Counted from the stretch's first letter, positions 10,901 to 24,638 are shown. The stretch: 64,000 nt of DNA from Nymphaea colorata (GCF_008831285.2 NC_045138.2:2232001-2296000), one strand, 5' to 3'. Numbers and translations: made by a program. Notes: a model not told the origin generated them from the sequence alone.

Positions 10901-11213
10901 TTTGCATACCATTTGTTTCCATTGTCTGCACTTTCAATTTGTTCTTTTAGTTCTTTTGAGTTGCTTCGCTGTGCAATTAACCAAATGTCAGGCCATGCCC
11001 ACCGACTCCCTCCCTGTTGGATGGTTAATAAATGTGGGAAAAATTTTCTCTCTTTAGATAGAAGATTGGCAAGACAGAGTCTTCCCCCCTCCCTCTATGA
11101 TAAAAGAAATTATGACCCCAAATTTTTCGAACCTGGTTATATGTACAGCCCTGTGCACATTTGCATTGAGTACAAGTTTTTGTAAATGATAAGTACTAAA
11201 AAAGGCCATGCAA

Positions 11214-11405
11214 CAAGGGGCGGAGCCAAGGTAGGGCCCTCATGGTCCCTCTCAAAAAAAATAAAAATAAAAATAAATTTACATTTAAATTTTAAAAATT
11301 TCACTTGTTTTATGTAAAAAATGTTGGAAAATGATATTTTGAACCTAGTTAAAATTTAAAACTTTAATTTGGTCCCCTCATAAGAAATTTCTGGTTTCAC
11401 TCTTG
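11214..11405. mobile_element. hAT-type MITE (CAGGGG family)
   Basis: CAAGGGGCGGAGCC...GGTTTCACTCTTG with a degenerate 8-bp TSD CCATGCAA/CTATGCAC. Confidence 0.75.
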
Positions 11406-11679
11406 CTATGCACCATGCACGGCTTGTACATAACACTTTAACTTCATTTCCTAACTGGTCTTTGGAGAGGGGAAGCATAGACGCACCATCCACTATCATG
11501 GCCTGCCTCTATTTTCCATGGACATCGTCAAAATATTTCGTGATTCTCTCTCACCTCTCTTACAAATTTGAATTATGATAACCCACAGTATATACATGCA
11601 GACATTGGACATTCATGAGGACCATGAGGAGCAAAGAAATGACAATTATATGAATTGTAAAACTCCCAATATATGAACA

Positions 11680-12110
11680 TTAGGGAAACATTTTCATGAG
11701 AAAGACAAACCAAATGGTTTTCATAGTGTATCATGCAAATACAAACGCTAGAAGCAAAGGAAATGGCAATTGTTTGCATTGTAAAATTCACAGTATACGA
11801 AAATTAGGGAAACATTTTCATGAAAATGAGAAACCAAGTGGTTTTCATTGTGTATATTGCAATCAGAAACACTACAAATTAATAAAGAAAATGGCAAGTC
11901 CATGCATTGTAAAAATGAAACTCAGGGAAACATTTCCATGAAAATGAGAAACCAAGTGGTTTTCATAGTGTATAATGCAAACAGAAGCACTGGAAACAAA
12001 GGAAATGGCAATTTCGTGCATTGTTCTCAATTTGTGAAAGTTAGGGAAACATTTTCATAAAAATATTAAGACAAACCAAGTGGTTTTCATACTGTGTTAT
12101 GCAAACACGG
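11680..12110 (+). repeat. ~120-bp tandem repeat x4 of part of module M
   Basis: AGGGAAACATTT(T/C)CAT...CCAAGTGGTTTTCAT at ~11682, 11807, 11924 and 12043; three units at ~25777-26090. Confidence 0.85.
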
Positions 12111-13421
12111 ACACTATTGATATTTTCTTTGACTCTTGGTGAAAGTAAGAAATTGAAAGCAAACCGGATGCCAACATGCCACCACCAGAGGAAATGTCTT
12201 AACAAGAGACGGCTTTCCAAAGCCTCACATATGGAGACATATCTTTGCAGAAAGGCACACCTTTTAAATGTCTCAAAAGTGACCAAAATCAAGTTACTTA
12301 TGTCTCTTCATGAGTAATGTGTCATTAGGCTGACACTAATATGGTTCATGTAACTGGGTGCCTAAAAAAAATGTTCTTCCAAAAAATATACCCTGTATGC
12401 AAAAAAAAGAAAAAAAAAAACATTCTCTTCATTTTCTTTTGTTATTATTTTGAAAAGTAAACATATGGATATATGTAACTTGGATTAAAAACATTTGGAA
12501 ACAAATAATAAATAATTCACTTGTCAAACACAATCACCAACCAGTAGGTTTCGACTCGACTACCATCGCATAAATTGTGAGAGAAGGTTGGTTATTAGAA
12601 TATTAGTTCAGTCGATAGATTTAGTGATCATTCAATTAATTCGATTGTAGCAAAAATAATATCATTATTTTTAATAAATAAACCATATTAAAAATTAAAA
12701 TCAATAAAGGAAATTGCAACAGCAATCTTATCTTCCCTTCATTACGTATTTCCAAACAAGTTCCTGGATATCATAAATCTCATGATAAATGCCCAAACAT
12801 TCATATTGAACTTCGATGGGAACTTCGCTATTTATTAAGAAAATGACACATTGATCTAATTGCCCAATGTCATGGGCAAAGCCCTACGCTTTGAGAAACC
12901 ATGAGTACGAGCAATGACATCGAGAATTTGATCTCTAACCGCTTGCCAGTTGAAATAACTTGTGTGTATCACGTTGGCACTCTTTGCACCGATTATTTAA
13001 TCAAATTTGGCAGCGACCCAATCACATTACTTCCAATAATATTCAGGCTCATTTAAGCAACATTGGAAACTGAAATTAAGCATTTGGCAAAATTTTGATC
13101 AAACAACTTCTTTATAATTGTTTTCAAGACAGATCCGCCGAGCCAGATCCATTGTTGAATCGTCTCTAAAGCAATGATCGGGCACAAGTCGAATAGAAAG
13201 AGCGGACGAGTCTGATTTTCATGATTATGCTCACCAAGAGGCAGCAGCGGAAGCAATGGGAGAAGAATGGCCTTGATAATACCAGTTTTCTGAATTCACC
13301 AGGGTCCTCGAGACATCACTCTCCGTTGTGCCGAATGACTGCTAAGAAGAAAGTGTTCACATTGAGAAAACGAATTTGAAGCCTGCCTACCACATGTAGT
13401 ATTTACTTTACAATTTTTGAC

Positions 13422-13767
13422 CTAACTCACATGAGTACTTCAGTAAGGTCGAGGTATCCGTGTTGCCGTGCCACTACGTGCCCAAAGTGAGAACTTGAAG
13501 ACATTTGGGTACCTTTTAGATCCAAACTGCTTAATTTTACTTCGACTTAATTTTTTTCAGCTTACTTTTCATTCTATTTTTAGAGTTATTGTTCATTAAC
13601 ATATACTTTTTTTTATTTATATCACTTGTTTATTAAAATGTTGCTTTCATTTTGAATTTTTTTTGTTATTTTTCATATATTCATAAATATATCTTGCCGT
13701 GTACTCATATTTTTTAAAGTTATCGTGTTTATAACCGTATCTTCGTACCTGTACTCATGTGACTTAG
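13422..13767. mobile_element. probable MITE
   Basis: CTAACTCACATGAGTAC vs GTACTCATGTGACTTAG inverted ends; no clear TSD. Confidence 0.45.
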
Positions 13768-14299
13768 CTCTTGGCCTGTTGGAGCTGAACATGAACCGTA
13801 GCTGCTCACATGCACCCATTATTGACAAAAAATTAATTAAATAATAACTAGGCATATAAATAATTTTTAATTTGTTTGAAGCTTTGTTCAATGTACTCAA
13901 GTTCAAATATTGTTTCTTGTGAAAATACGTTGTTCCTGTTCAACTATAAATTTTCATATTCAGTTGTAAGAATCTTACTGTAGCTCTATAACACATTTTC
14001 TTCAAGACAACAGTTGTCAAACTTAATTTAAACAAAAAGCAATTAGGAAAATGGGATGAATATTACAGTTCACATATGCAAATGACCCACACAACATCCT
14101 TGCAAGAGACTGAGTTCCAATAATTGCCAGTGCTCCAATTCCAGTCCTGCTGTTGCTTGAAATAAAAAATGGATGTGGAGAAATTGATAAGAAAAACGAA
14201 CCAAAATAACATGGCAACATTCACGAGACTATAAATGCAGCCAGCACAATTCACAAGACAACATGTTCAGATACTCAGTAACATATCCAAGATTGATAT

Positions 14300-14702
14300 C
14301 ATAATCACAAAGAATGCATTTAAAAAAAAAAACACGATAAACTAAATTGCTGTTTAAAACTAAAAAAAAAAACACATTTTTTAAAAAACGTTAAACACAA
14401 AAAAATGCCTTTTTGAACGTATTTTTAACTAGTCTTTTTGCATTTTTTCACTTTTTCTTTTATTTTATTATTTTTATGCCAAACAGTTTTTTTTCATTTT
14501 TTATTTTTTATTTGTTGCAGATATACTTATCTTTTGATGTTTGTGTTATTAGTTTCTCACTTATTTTATTTTTCCTCTATTTTTAGTTTATTATTTTATT
14601 TTTTAAAATTTGCCATATTTTTTCTGTGTTTTTTAAGCTCGACATATTTTACCTGAAAAAAACTTTGCCATTTAAAACTCCAAAATGATATTTATGACTA
14701 TG
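14300..14702. mobile_element. AT-rich hAT-type MITE
   Basis: Termini CATAATCAC / ATGACTATG with a perfect 8-bp TSD ATTGATAT; empty sites in paralogues at ~23455, ~39460 and ~52800. Confidence 0.8.
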
Positions 14703-14816
14703 ATTGATATATACAATCTGCTCACTCTCTTGATCTTCAACACCCAGTCGCTGCAAGGTATACCTTCTAAAGTATGAGCAAGATAACAAAACGATCATCA
14801 GAATACCAAAAAAACG

Positions 14817-14854
<38 letters not shown>

Positions 14855-15949
14855 CATCATTTTAACAGTGAAAGATTAGAAAATGCAGAGAAGAATGCAC
14901 ATCTACAAAAAAATAAATCCAAGGAGTACAAGTGTCCGTTAAACTTATATCTAGGTTTCTTCTTGTTAAAGAATGTCAACTTCATTTGACGCAAAAATAC
15001 ATATGCACAAGTGGTTCTGCCAAAACAAGAAGCATTCTGGGGGCCCGAATCAGCTACTAATTATTCCAAATAACAAAACAAACATTTCAGTTGGCAGTGC
15101 CTCAGAGTATTTGAGTTTTATTGCTTTCCTCAAGCACTGCAATGTTTTATATGGAAGATAGGTTGCGTAGATAGATGGCCAGGGAGGTATAGAATTGGGT
15201 CACTACCCATAAGTTTTGCAAATAGCCAACCGGAGACAGTCTTATACAAGTTTAGGAAGTTGAGGATGGACATATGTCATAAGGTAGTCACAGAAATTCA
15301 AAATTCTAATGTGCCTAGCAAGTGGTAAATGCTTGGCTGTTCGTTCAACATTTATGTTTTTGACACATGTTTGAAATGGTGGGAAGGGTCAAAAGACGAC
15401 AAAAGAAGTATTTCATTTTATCATCGTCTGAGCCAAAGCCCGCGATGAGCCACTATTTGACACTCGAGCCAGCCCAAAAAAAAAAACCTTGCCAAGCCCG
15501 TCTACCCTGAGCTAGGTATTGGGGGCCCGACCTGTCTTGATATATGTGTTTAAAAATAATCTTTTTGTATTTATATTTTGTTTTTAATCTCTCTCTCTCA
15601 AAATATATATATATATATATATATATGATTCCATCATACAAACTTATGATGCCAATGCCTTCTTACTTTTTGTGTGTCACAGATGACTCTTAAAAACACT
15701 TGATACATTGAACACTTGATACATCGACATTTGTTTTTAAAAAAATAAAAAATGAAATATTAAGAGTTTCAAATGAGAGTAGACAATCAACTGGGTAGCT
15801 GATGGGTATCAAGTTGATGGTCGGAGCATGAGAGTGATGCTCCTACTATACCATTCCTTTCTTCCTTTCTTTTGCAGTACAAGGAGTTCATTCTATAGAG
15901 AAGCTGACTGCCTACTGGCCCCCACGCAGTCCATTGTGCCAATCCCTTA

Positions 15950-16820
15950 AGGATTCATGCAATACTAATTATTTTTTCAAAATAATGCAAAATTTTTAGA
16001 ATCATTAATGTATGTTAATCTTGACAATATGAAGAAGACAGTTCAATCTAACCAGTACTTTTGTTGGAGCATGCTCAACTCCAGAATGAAAAAAAATAAA
16101 TAAATAAATATTTCACTGTAAGTGTCTACTTCAGTTATGGTGTATATCACGCCCAGGTGGGCAGTCAAGTAAATAGTTTGAATTCAGCAGGAATGCGTTC
16201 ATTTTCTGTTATAAAAATTTAGGTCCCATTTGCATATGTATCGCATTTGGCAAGAAAAAATGTTGTTCGATTCAATGACTGATTCTCTCTTATTATGTTT
16301 TGATTATTGTAATATCTTTTTGGATCAAATTTCAATCTTTTATTAAAAAAAAAAGATTGGAATAACTTAATTGGCCGATTCTATTCAAGGCAGTGGTATC
16401 CGATTCATGATCTGATCCAATTCAGCCTCTATATTAAAATAGGTCCATTCAGATAATTGGGTCGGACCAATATTTAGGATCCAAATACCATATATATAAG
16501 AACACAGTTCATTTGTAAACAAATATTCACACTGCGATACGGGTGGGGTCCATATACTGGATCACGGACTGCTGCTCCGACCCAATCATGACAGCCTTTA
16601 TTTTGAAATTTAATGAAAATTAATAAAAAATATAATAGCAGAAACCAAGATAGGTGTGAATTTAATTAAATATCATTCATTTTCAAAAAAACCTAGCTTA
16701 TACATGAAAGTAAATAAAAGAAATAATTTCTCCAAATAAGATAAATAGAAGCACTAAAGTATCCAAAACCACAGTGAATTGGAAAGGTCTCCAGAAAGAA
16801 ATGAAGAAGAAGACGATGCC
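15950..16820 (+). repeat. conserved upstream block U
   Basis: Same landmarks at ~16395 and ~16725-16755. Confidence 0.85.
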
Positions 16821-16844
16821 GAGAAAGCTGGAGAACGACAAACA

Positions 16845-17446
16845 AACAGAAAGACGCGTTCCCCATCAAAACAACCACATCAAATTCCACCTCCATTCTC
16901 GAAACCGCTATAAGAAAAGGGAAAGGAAACAGAGGTGAAAAAACTACCAGAAAACACCAACACGGGGTTTCTCGAGCAGCTGCCAAAAGTAGCCGTTTGA
17001 TGAAATACCACGGACAATCCCGTACATTCCAAGAGTCGGATCTCCCTCCCTTTAAAAGGACCGGTGTTCCCGCAATGGCGGTGCTCAGCTCCTTCTCTTG
17101 GGTAACTCGAGTCACACCCTCCCTCTCTAAACCAGAGACAACTCGCAGGAGTTTCCTGGTTTCGAGAGGGAGGGTGTGACTCGAGTTACCTGAGAGAAGG
17201 AGCTGATCACCGTCATTGCAGGAACGCCGGTCCTTTTAAAGGGAGGGAGATCGGACTCTTAGAATGTACGGGATTGTCCGTGGTATTTCGTCAAACGGCT
17301 ACTTTTGGCAGCCGCTCCAGAAACCCCGTGTTGGTGTTTTTTGGTAGTTTTTTCACCTCTGTTTTGTTTCCCTTTTCTTTTAGCGGTTTGGAGAATGGAG
17401 GTGGAATTTGATGTGGTTGTTTTGATGGGGAACTCGTCTTTCTGTT
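16845..17446. repeat. near-perfect 600-bp fold-back (arms ~300 bp, 4-nt loop)
   Basis: AACAGAAAGACGCGTTCCCCATC... pairs with ...GATGGGGAACTCGTCTTTCTGTT; apex AACTC-GCAG-GAGTT at 17140-17153. Confidence 0.96.
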
Positions 17447-17625
17447 GGGGGCGGTAGCCACCCCAACCTTTTTTTCACCATCATCTTTACTTCAGTCGCT
17501 ACAAGGCGAGAATCTGACCACCTCTTCTTTAGAAAAAAGAAGAAACACAATCTATGGATAGGTAGACAGCTGATTCACCGCCTACAAACCAAGCAAATCT
17601 CTTCCTACACCATCTGTCATTGCAA

Positions 17626-17668
<43 letters not shown>

Positions 17669-17728
17669 ATATATATATATTTTTCTCCATTCTATTCATT
17701 TCGTCTTGTTCGGACATTTCCACCGGTT

Positions 17729-19500
17729 TGTATGCATTGTAAATCTTGGCTTTGGTGTTGGAGAGACGTCCACAGATGGAAGAAATGAGGCGTATGATTC
17801 GTCATCTCCACTTCCCTTTGTTGATTATATTGATTGTTATCAGAGTGTCGCATGAACAGAAAGCATGCTTACATGGAGGTGCTCGCCATGCACAGTCGGA
17901 AGTCAGGGAAGTAGAAAGTTTGTTTCATTTATAGATGCCAAAAAGTTGGCACAGAGAAAAAAAAAGAGACCCATGGCGGATAAATAAACTAAGGAATAAT
18001 ATGGGAGGGAGGCGGCATGATTCATCCACTTCTTTTCTTGCAACCACCCTTTTTTTCCAGGAGATGGAAAAACGACCTTTTCTATTCCTTTCTCCTTCCA
18101 CTCCAAAAGAAAGCCAACAAGGTCAACAAAAAGCCATTGATTCTCCCCAATATTTGCTGAAAGCGATTACTCGGTTCCCTGCCCTTTTCTCCTTTCCCCT
18201 GCCTCATTTACAACTTTCCCCCTTCGTTTCAGAAACCATGTCTCTTGGTTCTCACATTTACTCTCTCATCAGCGAGAACTTTGAAAATGCTACTCCTTAA
18301 TAGTCCAATTCACTAGTTTGCGATGATGCTGGACAGCTATATATTTTTTACGAGGAAGGTCACATTAGTCGAAATATAATTGACCAAATTTTTTACATAA
18401 AAAAATATATTTTTTAATTCTGTATTTTTTTTAAGAGCATTGAAGATCTCGACATTTTTAGTAGAAAATAAAGTTACACAGGGAGGAAAAGAGATGGTCC
18501 TAAAGTCCTTCCTCTGCCCTAGAGGTTAAAGGGATGATTCAAAGCCTGGATGGATAGGGAGGCATCCATCGACTAGTACTTAGTATCCATTATTTATAGC
18601 ATAAAAGAATAACACCCACATAAATCAAATTGACAACTGAATTTTTATCAACCAGCCATCCAACAAGTTATTGACAGATACATAAACATGGGACTGCACA
18701 TGCAAAAAAAGGGTGGATCCAAGGTGGGGCTGGCAGGGCCCCGACGCCTATCCCTTCACCCCCACCTTAAAAAAAAAAGAAAGTTTTTTGCAAAAATTGA
18801 TATGTAAATTTTTAAAAAATATATTCTTTTTATATAAAAAATTTTTCCAATTATATTTCGACTAATGTGACCTTCCTCGTAAAAAATATATAGCTGTCCA
18901 GCATCATCTTAAACTAGTGAATTGGACTATTAAGGAGTAGCATTTTCAAAGTTCTCGCTGATGAGAGAGTAAATGTGGGAACCAAGAGACATGGTTTCTG
19001 AAACGAAGGGGGAAAGTTATAAATGAGGCAGGGGAAAGGCGAAAAGGGCAGGGAACCGAGTAATCGCTTTCAGCAAATATTGGGGAGAATCAATGGCTTT
19101 CTGCTGACCTTGTTGGCTTTCTTTTGGAGTGGAAGGAGAAAGGAATAGAAAAGGTCGTTTTCCCATCTCCTGGATAGAAAGGGTGGTTGCAAGAAAAGAA
19201 GTGGATGAATCATGCCGCCTCCCTCCCATATTATTCCTTAGTTTATTTATCCGCCATGGGTCTCTCTTTTTTTTCTCCGTGCCAACTTTTTGGCATCTAT
19301 AAATGAAACAAACTTTCTACTTCCCTGACTTCCGACTGTGCATGGCGAGCACGTCCATGTAAGCATGCTTTCTGTTCATGCGACACTCTGATAACAATCA
19401 ATATAATCAACAAAGGGAAGTGGAGATGACGAATCATACGCCTCATTTCTTCCATCTGTGGACGTCTCTCCAGCACCAAAGCCAAGATCTATAATATACA
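17729..19500. repeat. long inverted repeat (arms ~690 bp)
   Basis: ~17729-18415 vs ~18815-19500 are nearly identical reverse complements (the ORF track shows the same peptides on opposite strands); spacer ~400 bp contains a MITE piece. Confidence 0.96.
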
Positions 19501-19754
19501 TATAGTCGGCATTGCTGCCAATATTAATAAGAAAGCAAAACTTCATAGCCTGTTTCATGAGGTGGTGCCACCCTTGTAGTGCCTGGCGGCATTCTCAAGC
19601 TCAAGTCTGGAGCAGGGCAGCCCATACTGACTAGTTTATGGCTCTTAATTTCCTATGTGGTAGGTAGATAAGTGAAGAGTTTTCTCCCGCTGGGCAGAAA
19701 AAGAGGCACAAGACCTCTGCCCCTCTCTCTCTCTCTCACTACAAGAGGGGTGGA

Positions 19755-21130
19755 ACCAGAAATTTTCTCCTCTAGTTTGTGGGCAATCGTCTCCCTTCAT
19801 TTTTCCTATCTTCATAATGAGCGAGAAAAAATGACTTAAGTGCTTGCATTGCTTGATAGACTATGAAAACTACTTTGTATGTTTTTTTATGAAAACTTTT
19901 TCTTTTAGTGACGTCAATTCTCCATTATGTTAAAAAGAGACATATACAAGTTGAAACATAGCATAACTATTACCTCGAGACATGAGAAGCAGCTAGACCT
20001 TGGGGGATGGCTGAGGACTTCAGCCTTTATAAGGGAAGACGGAATAGCTTCTTGGTCACCCAATGGGTGCCCTTTGAGAATAAATCAATGTTAGTTGGCA
20101 TTGCTAGAACCTAAAAGAACCTCTAGGACCCAAGCAAAATTGTGGAAGGTGATGGAGGTAGTCGTATTGAGCTGCCGCAAAAAGGTGGCCTGACTTCATC
20201 GCTTGTTTCATGAGGTGGCGCCACCCTTGTAGTGCCTGACGGTGTTCTCAGGCTCTAGTCTAGAGCTGCACAGCTTGTGTGTGCATGTGTGGAGAGAGGT
20301 AAAGGTCTTCTGGTATTTACTATCCAGCGGGAGAAAACTCTTCACTTATCCATCTCTTGAGTAGGAGAAATTATGGCCCTTAATTGCCTAGCTGGTGGAT
20401 AGATATCTGAAGACTTTTCTTCCGTTGGATAGTAAATTGCCACAAGACTTCTGTATCTCTCTCTCACTAGATACACGCACCCACCAACATGGGCTGCACT
20501 ACCTCCGGACTAGAGGGCAATGACACCACCAGCGTGGCGCCACCTCATGAAACATGCAGTGAAATCCCACCATCTTTTCGTGGCTGCTCACTATGACTAC
20601 CTCCATCAACTCTATCATAAGGCAAAAAATTCAAGCTTATATAGGCCCGTGAGAAGTGGAATCATAGGCAGACTTCCTCCTTCAACTCTATCATAAGGCA
20701 AAAAACTCAAGCTTATATAGGCCCTTGAGAAGTGGAATCATAGCCACACCATTCACACGCCTGGCCTGCCTCTCCATTTCATAGAGGCTGTCAAAATATT
20801 TCTTGATTCTCTTCCACCATTGTCATAAGTTTTCATTATGATAACACAAAATTTTTAATTTCTTGATTGATTCCCAAGAGGCATACACATTAGACATTGT
20901 TGAGGATCATGAAAGGCAAAGGAAATGGCAATTGTATGCATTGTAAAATTCTCGGTATATGAAAATTAGGGAAACATTTTCATGAAAAAGGCAAACCAAG
21001 GGGTTTTCATAGTTTATCATGCAAACACAAACACTAGAGATATTTTTCTTGACTTATTGCACTGAAAGTGGGAAATTGAAGGCAACTGGATACCAACATA
21101 GCAGCGGAGGAAATGTCTGAACAAGAGACT
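19755..21130. repeat. diverged nested inverted repeat, family A copy 2
   Basis: Paralogue of 243-1540; inner arms span ~20150-20610. Confidence 0.8.
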
Positions 21131-22129
21131 GTTTTCCAAGGATTTACATGTGTAGCCATCCCTCTTTACAGTAAGACACACCTTTTAAATGTCTTAAAAT
21201 TAACCAAAATCTGGTTAATTACCTGCGTGTGTTCATTAGTAATGTGCAATGTTATAGATACCATTCAATTTTTTTTCCATTGCATCAATTAGGCTGACGC
21301 TGATATGGTTATGTCATTCAAAAAACTTGTTTTAGAAAAATATTACATTATTTATGATGAAAAATAAAAAGCAATGTCTTTCTTTTTCTTTTGTCATTAC
21401 ATTGAAATGTAAGCAATACGCAACGTAGCTACTCCACTGCACCCGATTGTGCACAAAATTAGTTAACTAATAACTAGAAATATTTAAACATATTATACCG
21501 TGAGATAAATGTAAAACAATCTTCTGAAGGGCTTATTTGGAAGTAAATAGTTCTTTCTCAATTCGAATGGAAGGGGAAAGCTGCCCGATTCATCGGAACT
21601 TGTAAATAATGGACACTCTCTGCACTTGAAAACAGACGGAAAATGTCTGGCCGTGCACATTAACTTCCTAACTCCAATTCATAGTATATAAAAGAGTTTC
21701 AATTTGCAATAGAGATTTTTCATTCTCCATCCATTTGGCAATGACATTAATGCACCCCTACTCTTCAGCAAACTATCCCGCTGCCACTGCATGACATTCA
21801 GTGATGATTTGATCCAGTTTCAGTACGTATTTCTATCTATCTCTTTATCCTTTTTCCTCTTCTCTTCTACTTGGATGGTTGCTGTCTGACGACAAGAATG
21901 TCAGATCGGCTGGTAGAGATTCTTACCAGTTGTCCAACATATCACATGGTTTCCTGTTCATCTATATTATATTAGACATCTAAACTTCATATTAAGTAGC
22001 ATGAAATTTATTTTAAGGAACAAAAATTGTCAACTTGATTTCATATCTTAATTTTGTATTTGCTTATAATTCTTATATATCAAACTCTTTTATTTCTCAT
22101 TTCATTAGTTTTATTAACGATCATCAAAA

Positions 22130-23235
22130 TTTTCTAACGAATGCGAGCTAACAAGCAAAAAAAAAAAAACACTTTGTACCTTTGGTTTCTGAATTTTTAT
22201 GAAATTCTATTGTACTTTGAAGAAACATATCTTTTATCTTAAAGCTAAAGAACACACCTCTATAGTTAATTTCAATTTATGGAAAAATATACAAAGGTAG
22301 TTTCTTATATAATTTAGTTTCCTAAATCATTTTTACATTCTTATTTATTTTACATTTTGAAAGAATATTATATATTTCAAAATTTTCTACCCGATGCTTA
22401 CGCATCACATAGATACATTGCACATTGCCTCACCTCACAAACTCAACGCATCCCTTCACATCAACGCACTTAACAACATTAAAATTGAATCAAGATTTTC
22501 CTTTGTACTTGAATAGGAGCTAACAAGCGAAATAAAACTTTGAAACTTTGTTTTTTGAATTTTTATGGTGTTCTATTGTACTTTGAAAAAACATATTTTT
22601 TTTATCTTAGGTTTTTCAAGCTAGAGATCATACTTCTATAGTGAATTTCAATTTATGGAAAAATATATATAGGTAGTTTTTTATATAATTTAGTTACCTA
22701 AATCATTTTTACCTTCTTATTTTTTTATATTTTACATTTTTACATTATATTATATATTTCAAAATTTTCAACCGGATTCTTACGCATCACATCGATACAT
22801 TGCACATTGCCTCGCCTCACAAGCTCAACGCATCACTTTGCATCAACATACTTAACAACATTAGAATTGAATCAAAATTTTCTTTCGTACATGAATAGGA
22901 GCTAACAAGCGAAAAGCTTTGAAACTTTGGCTTTTTAATTTTTATGGCATTCAATCATACTTTGAAAAAACATTTTTTATCTTAGGTTTTTCAAGTTAGA
23001 AATCATATCTCTATAGTTGATTCCAATTTATAGGAAAATATATATAAGTAGTTTTTTTATGTCACTTAGTGTCCTAAATCATTTTTACCTTCTTATTTTT
23101 TATATTTTACATTTTTAAGGTTGTTATATATTTTAAAATTTTGGACCTGATGTTTATGCCTCACATCGTTACATTGTGCATCACCTCGCCTCACAAGCTC
23201 AACACATCACTTCTTATCAACACACTTAACAACAT
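22130..23235 (+). repeat. ~375-bp tandem repeat x3
   Basis: GAGCTAACAAGC at ~22145, 22517 and 22900 with colinear downstream sequence; single units at ~38895 and ~52236. Confidence 0.8.
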
Positions 23236-24344
23236 TGATTGCTTATACCAAAAAATACATTGCCTTAGAAGGGGGAAAGGCTTCCAATAATTGTCAGTTC
23301 TGCAATCCCAGTGAAGAAAATGATATGAAGAAAGGATATGAAGAAAATGAAAGGGAAAAGAAAGCAAAATAGCAAGGTAACGTTTGTGATACAATAAATG
23401 CAGTTGGCACAATTCATGAGACAATATGTTTAACAACGCATTAACCTATCCAAGAATGATACATACATTCTGCTCATTTCTCTTGATCCTCAACACCTAA
23501 TCTCTGCAAAGTGTACCTACAAAAGAATAAGCAAGATAACAAAACAATCCTCAGATTACCAACAAGTTATGTGTGTCTGTGTATGTGTGTGTGAGAGAAG
23601 ATAGATCCATCATTTTACCAGTGAAAGACTAGAAAATGTAGAGAAAAGTGCATATCTAAACAAAAATAAAAAAAAAAGATTCGAGGAATGCTACCATCCG
23701 TTAAACTTATATCTAGGCTTCTTTTAGTTAAAAAAAGAAAAAAAAAACCTCACTAGCTTCTAGCTGGGCATCAATTTCCTTTTCGAAAAACGTTGGAAGG
23801 GGGGGAGGGAAGACGACATATTGATATATAATTTGAAGCATAGTGGGAGTGTCACTTCAAGATACTGAAAGCAGGCCTAGTACCCTTGCAGTTATGCGTG
23901 GGAGAGAGAGAATGACTTTGATAATCTTGTTGGGTGGTAAGATGAAATATTCCTCTTGCTCACTTAACTTTTAGTCGATGCCCTTGCAGTAGTCAAAACT
24001 CAGTTTTTAATATGGAACAAAAGATTTCTTGCTGCTTGAGAACACTAGATAAGAACGAAAGTACCACTTAAAAAAAAACCTAAATATCAGCAGGCGATCC
24101 TAGTGCATATTTAAACCCAGTCTTTGATTTATAGTTTGGATGAATGCCTCCACTTAGTTCAAACAACAAAAGTATTTGAAGTCAACATTTTCTCTAGAGA
24201 AATTCATATGGAACATGACAATTTACATGGCAACAAACACATTAGAGGGTTATATCATGCAGAAAATGAGAAAATACATGAAACAACATTCTCTGCAAGG
24301 GCCCACTAACATGCAGTCATTGGGCACAGGAGCTCCATCCAACT

Positions 24345-24638
24345 ATGCAGTCATCAGTGACCCCATTCCCATGAATATTGCCAGCAGTTTCATGACTATC
24401 TGCATGTCGGGAAAGATGGCGTACCGCTCGGCGATGGCCAAGTCATGCACAAAGGAAGGTTGCCGGAAGGAGAAGATGCAGACGTCCGGTTGCTTCTTGC
24501 CATCAACCCCGATTCTGAAGTAGTTGAGAAACAGAGGGATGGGGTGGTACCGAAAGGAGAAAACCTCGCCTGTGACAGGGTCCACCTTTGGGTGAAAGGT
24601 CATGCCCATCCTGAGCTCCCAGCCGAAGTCCCACAGGT
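24345..24638 (-). pseudogene. CCD4: carotenoid cleavage dioxygenase 4-like internal fragment
   Basis: MGMTFHPKVDPVTGEVFSFRY...KKQPDVCIFS...SFVHDLAIAERYAIFPDMQI matches the CCD4 segment MTAHPK.DP.TGE.FAFRY/KQPDVPIFS/HDFAIT. Only ~95 codons are present and they are absent from the paralogous site at ~40290. Confidence 0.85.

Larger units (their letters stand above)
11680..16820 (+). repeat. ~5-kb segmental duplication, paralogue of ~25770-30975
   Basis: Colinear similarity throughout (paired spurious ORFs 12041/26019, 14023/27594, 14973/28572). Confidence 0.9.

Noticed and set aside
11680..12110. Regularly spaced repeats resembling a CRISPR array
   Set aside because: Whole ~120-bp units are homologous with no unique spacers, there are no cas genes, and the context is eukaryotic.
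17746..19485. Identical peptides on opposite strands suggesting a gene pair
   Set aside because: Consequence of the inverted repeat; no recognisable domain. The same applies to 43128-43480 and 46742/47394.
21680..21830. TATA followed by ATG suggesting a small gene (also ~26850-26940)
   Set aside because: Reading frames close within ~20 codons and show no homology I can recognise.
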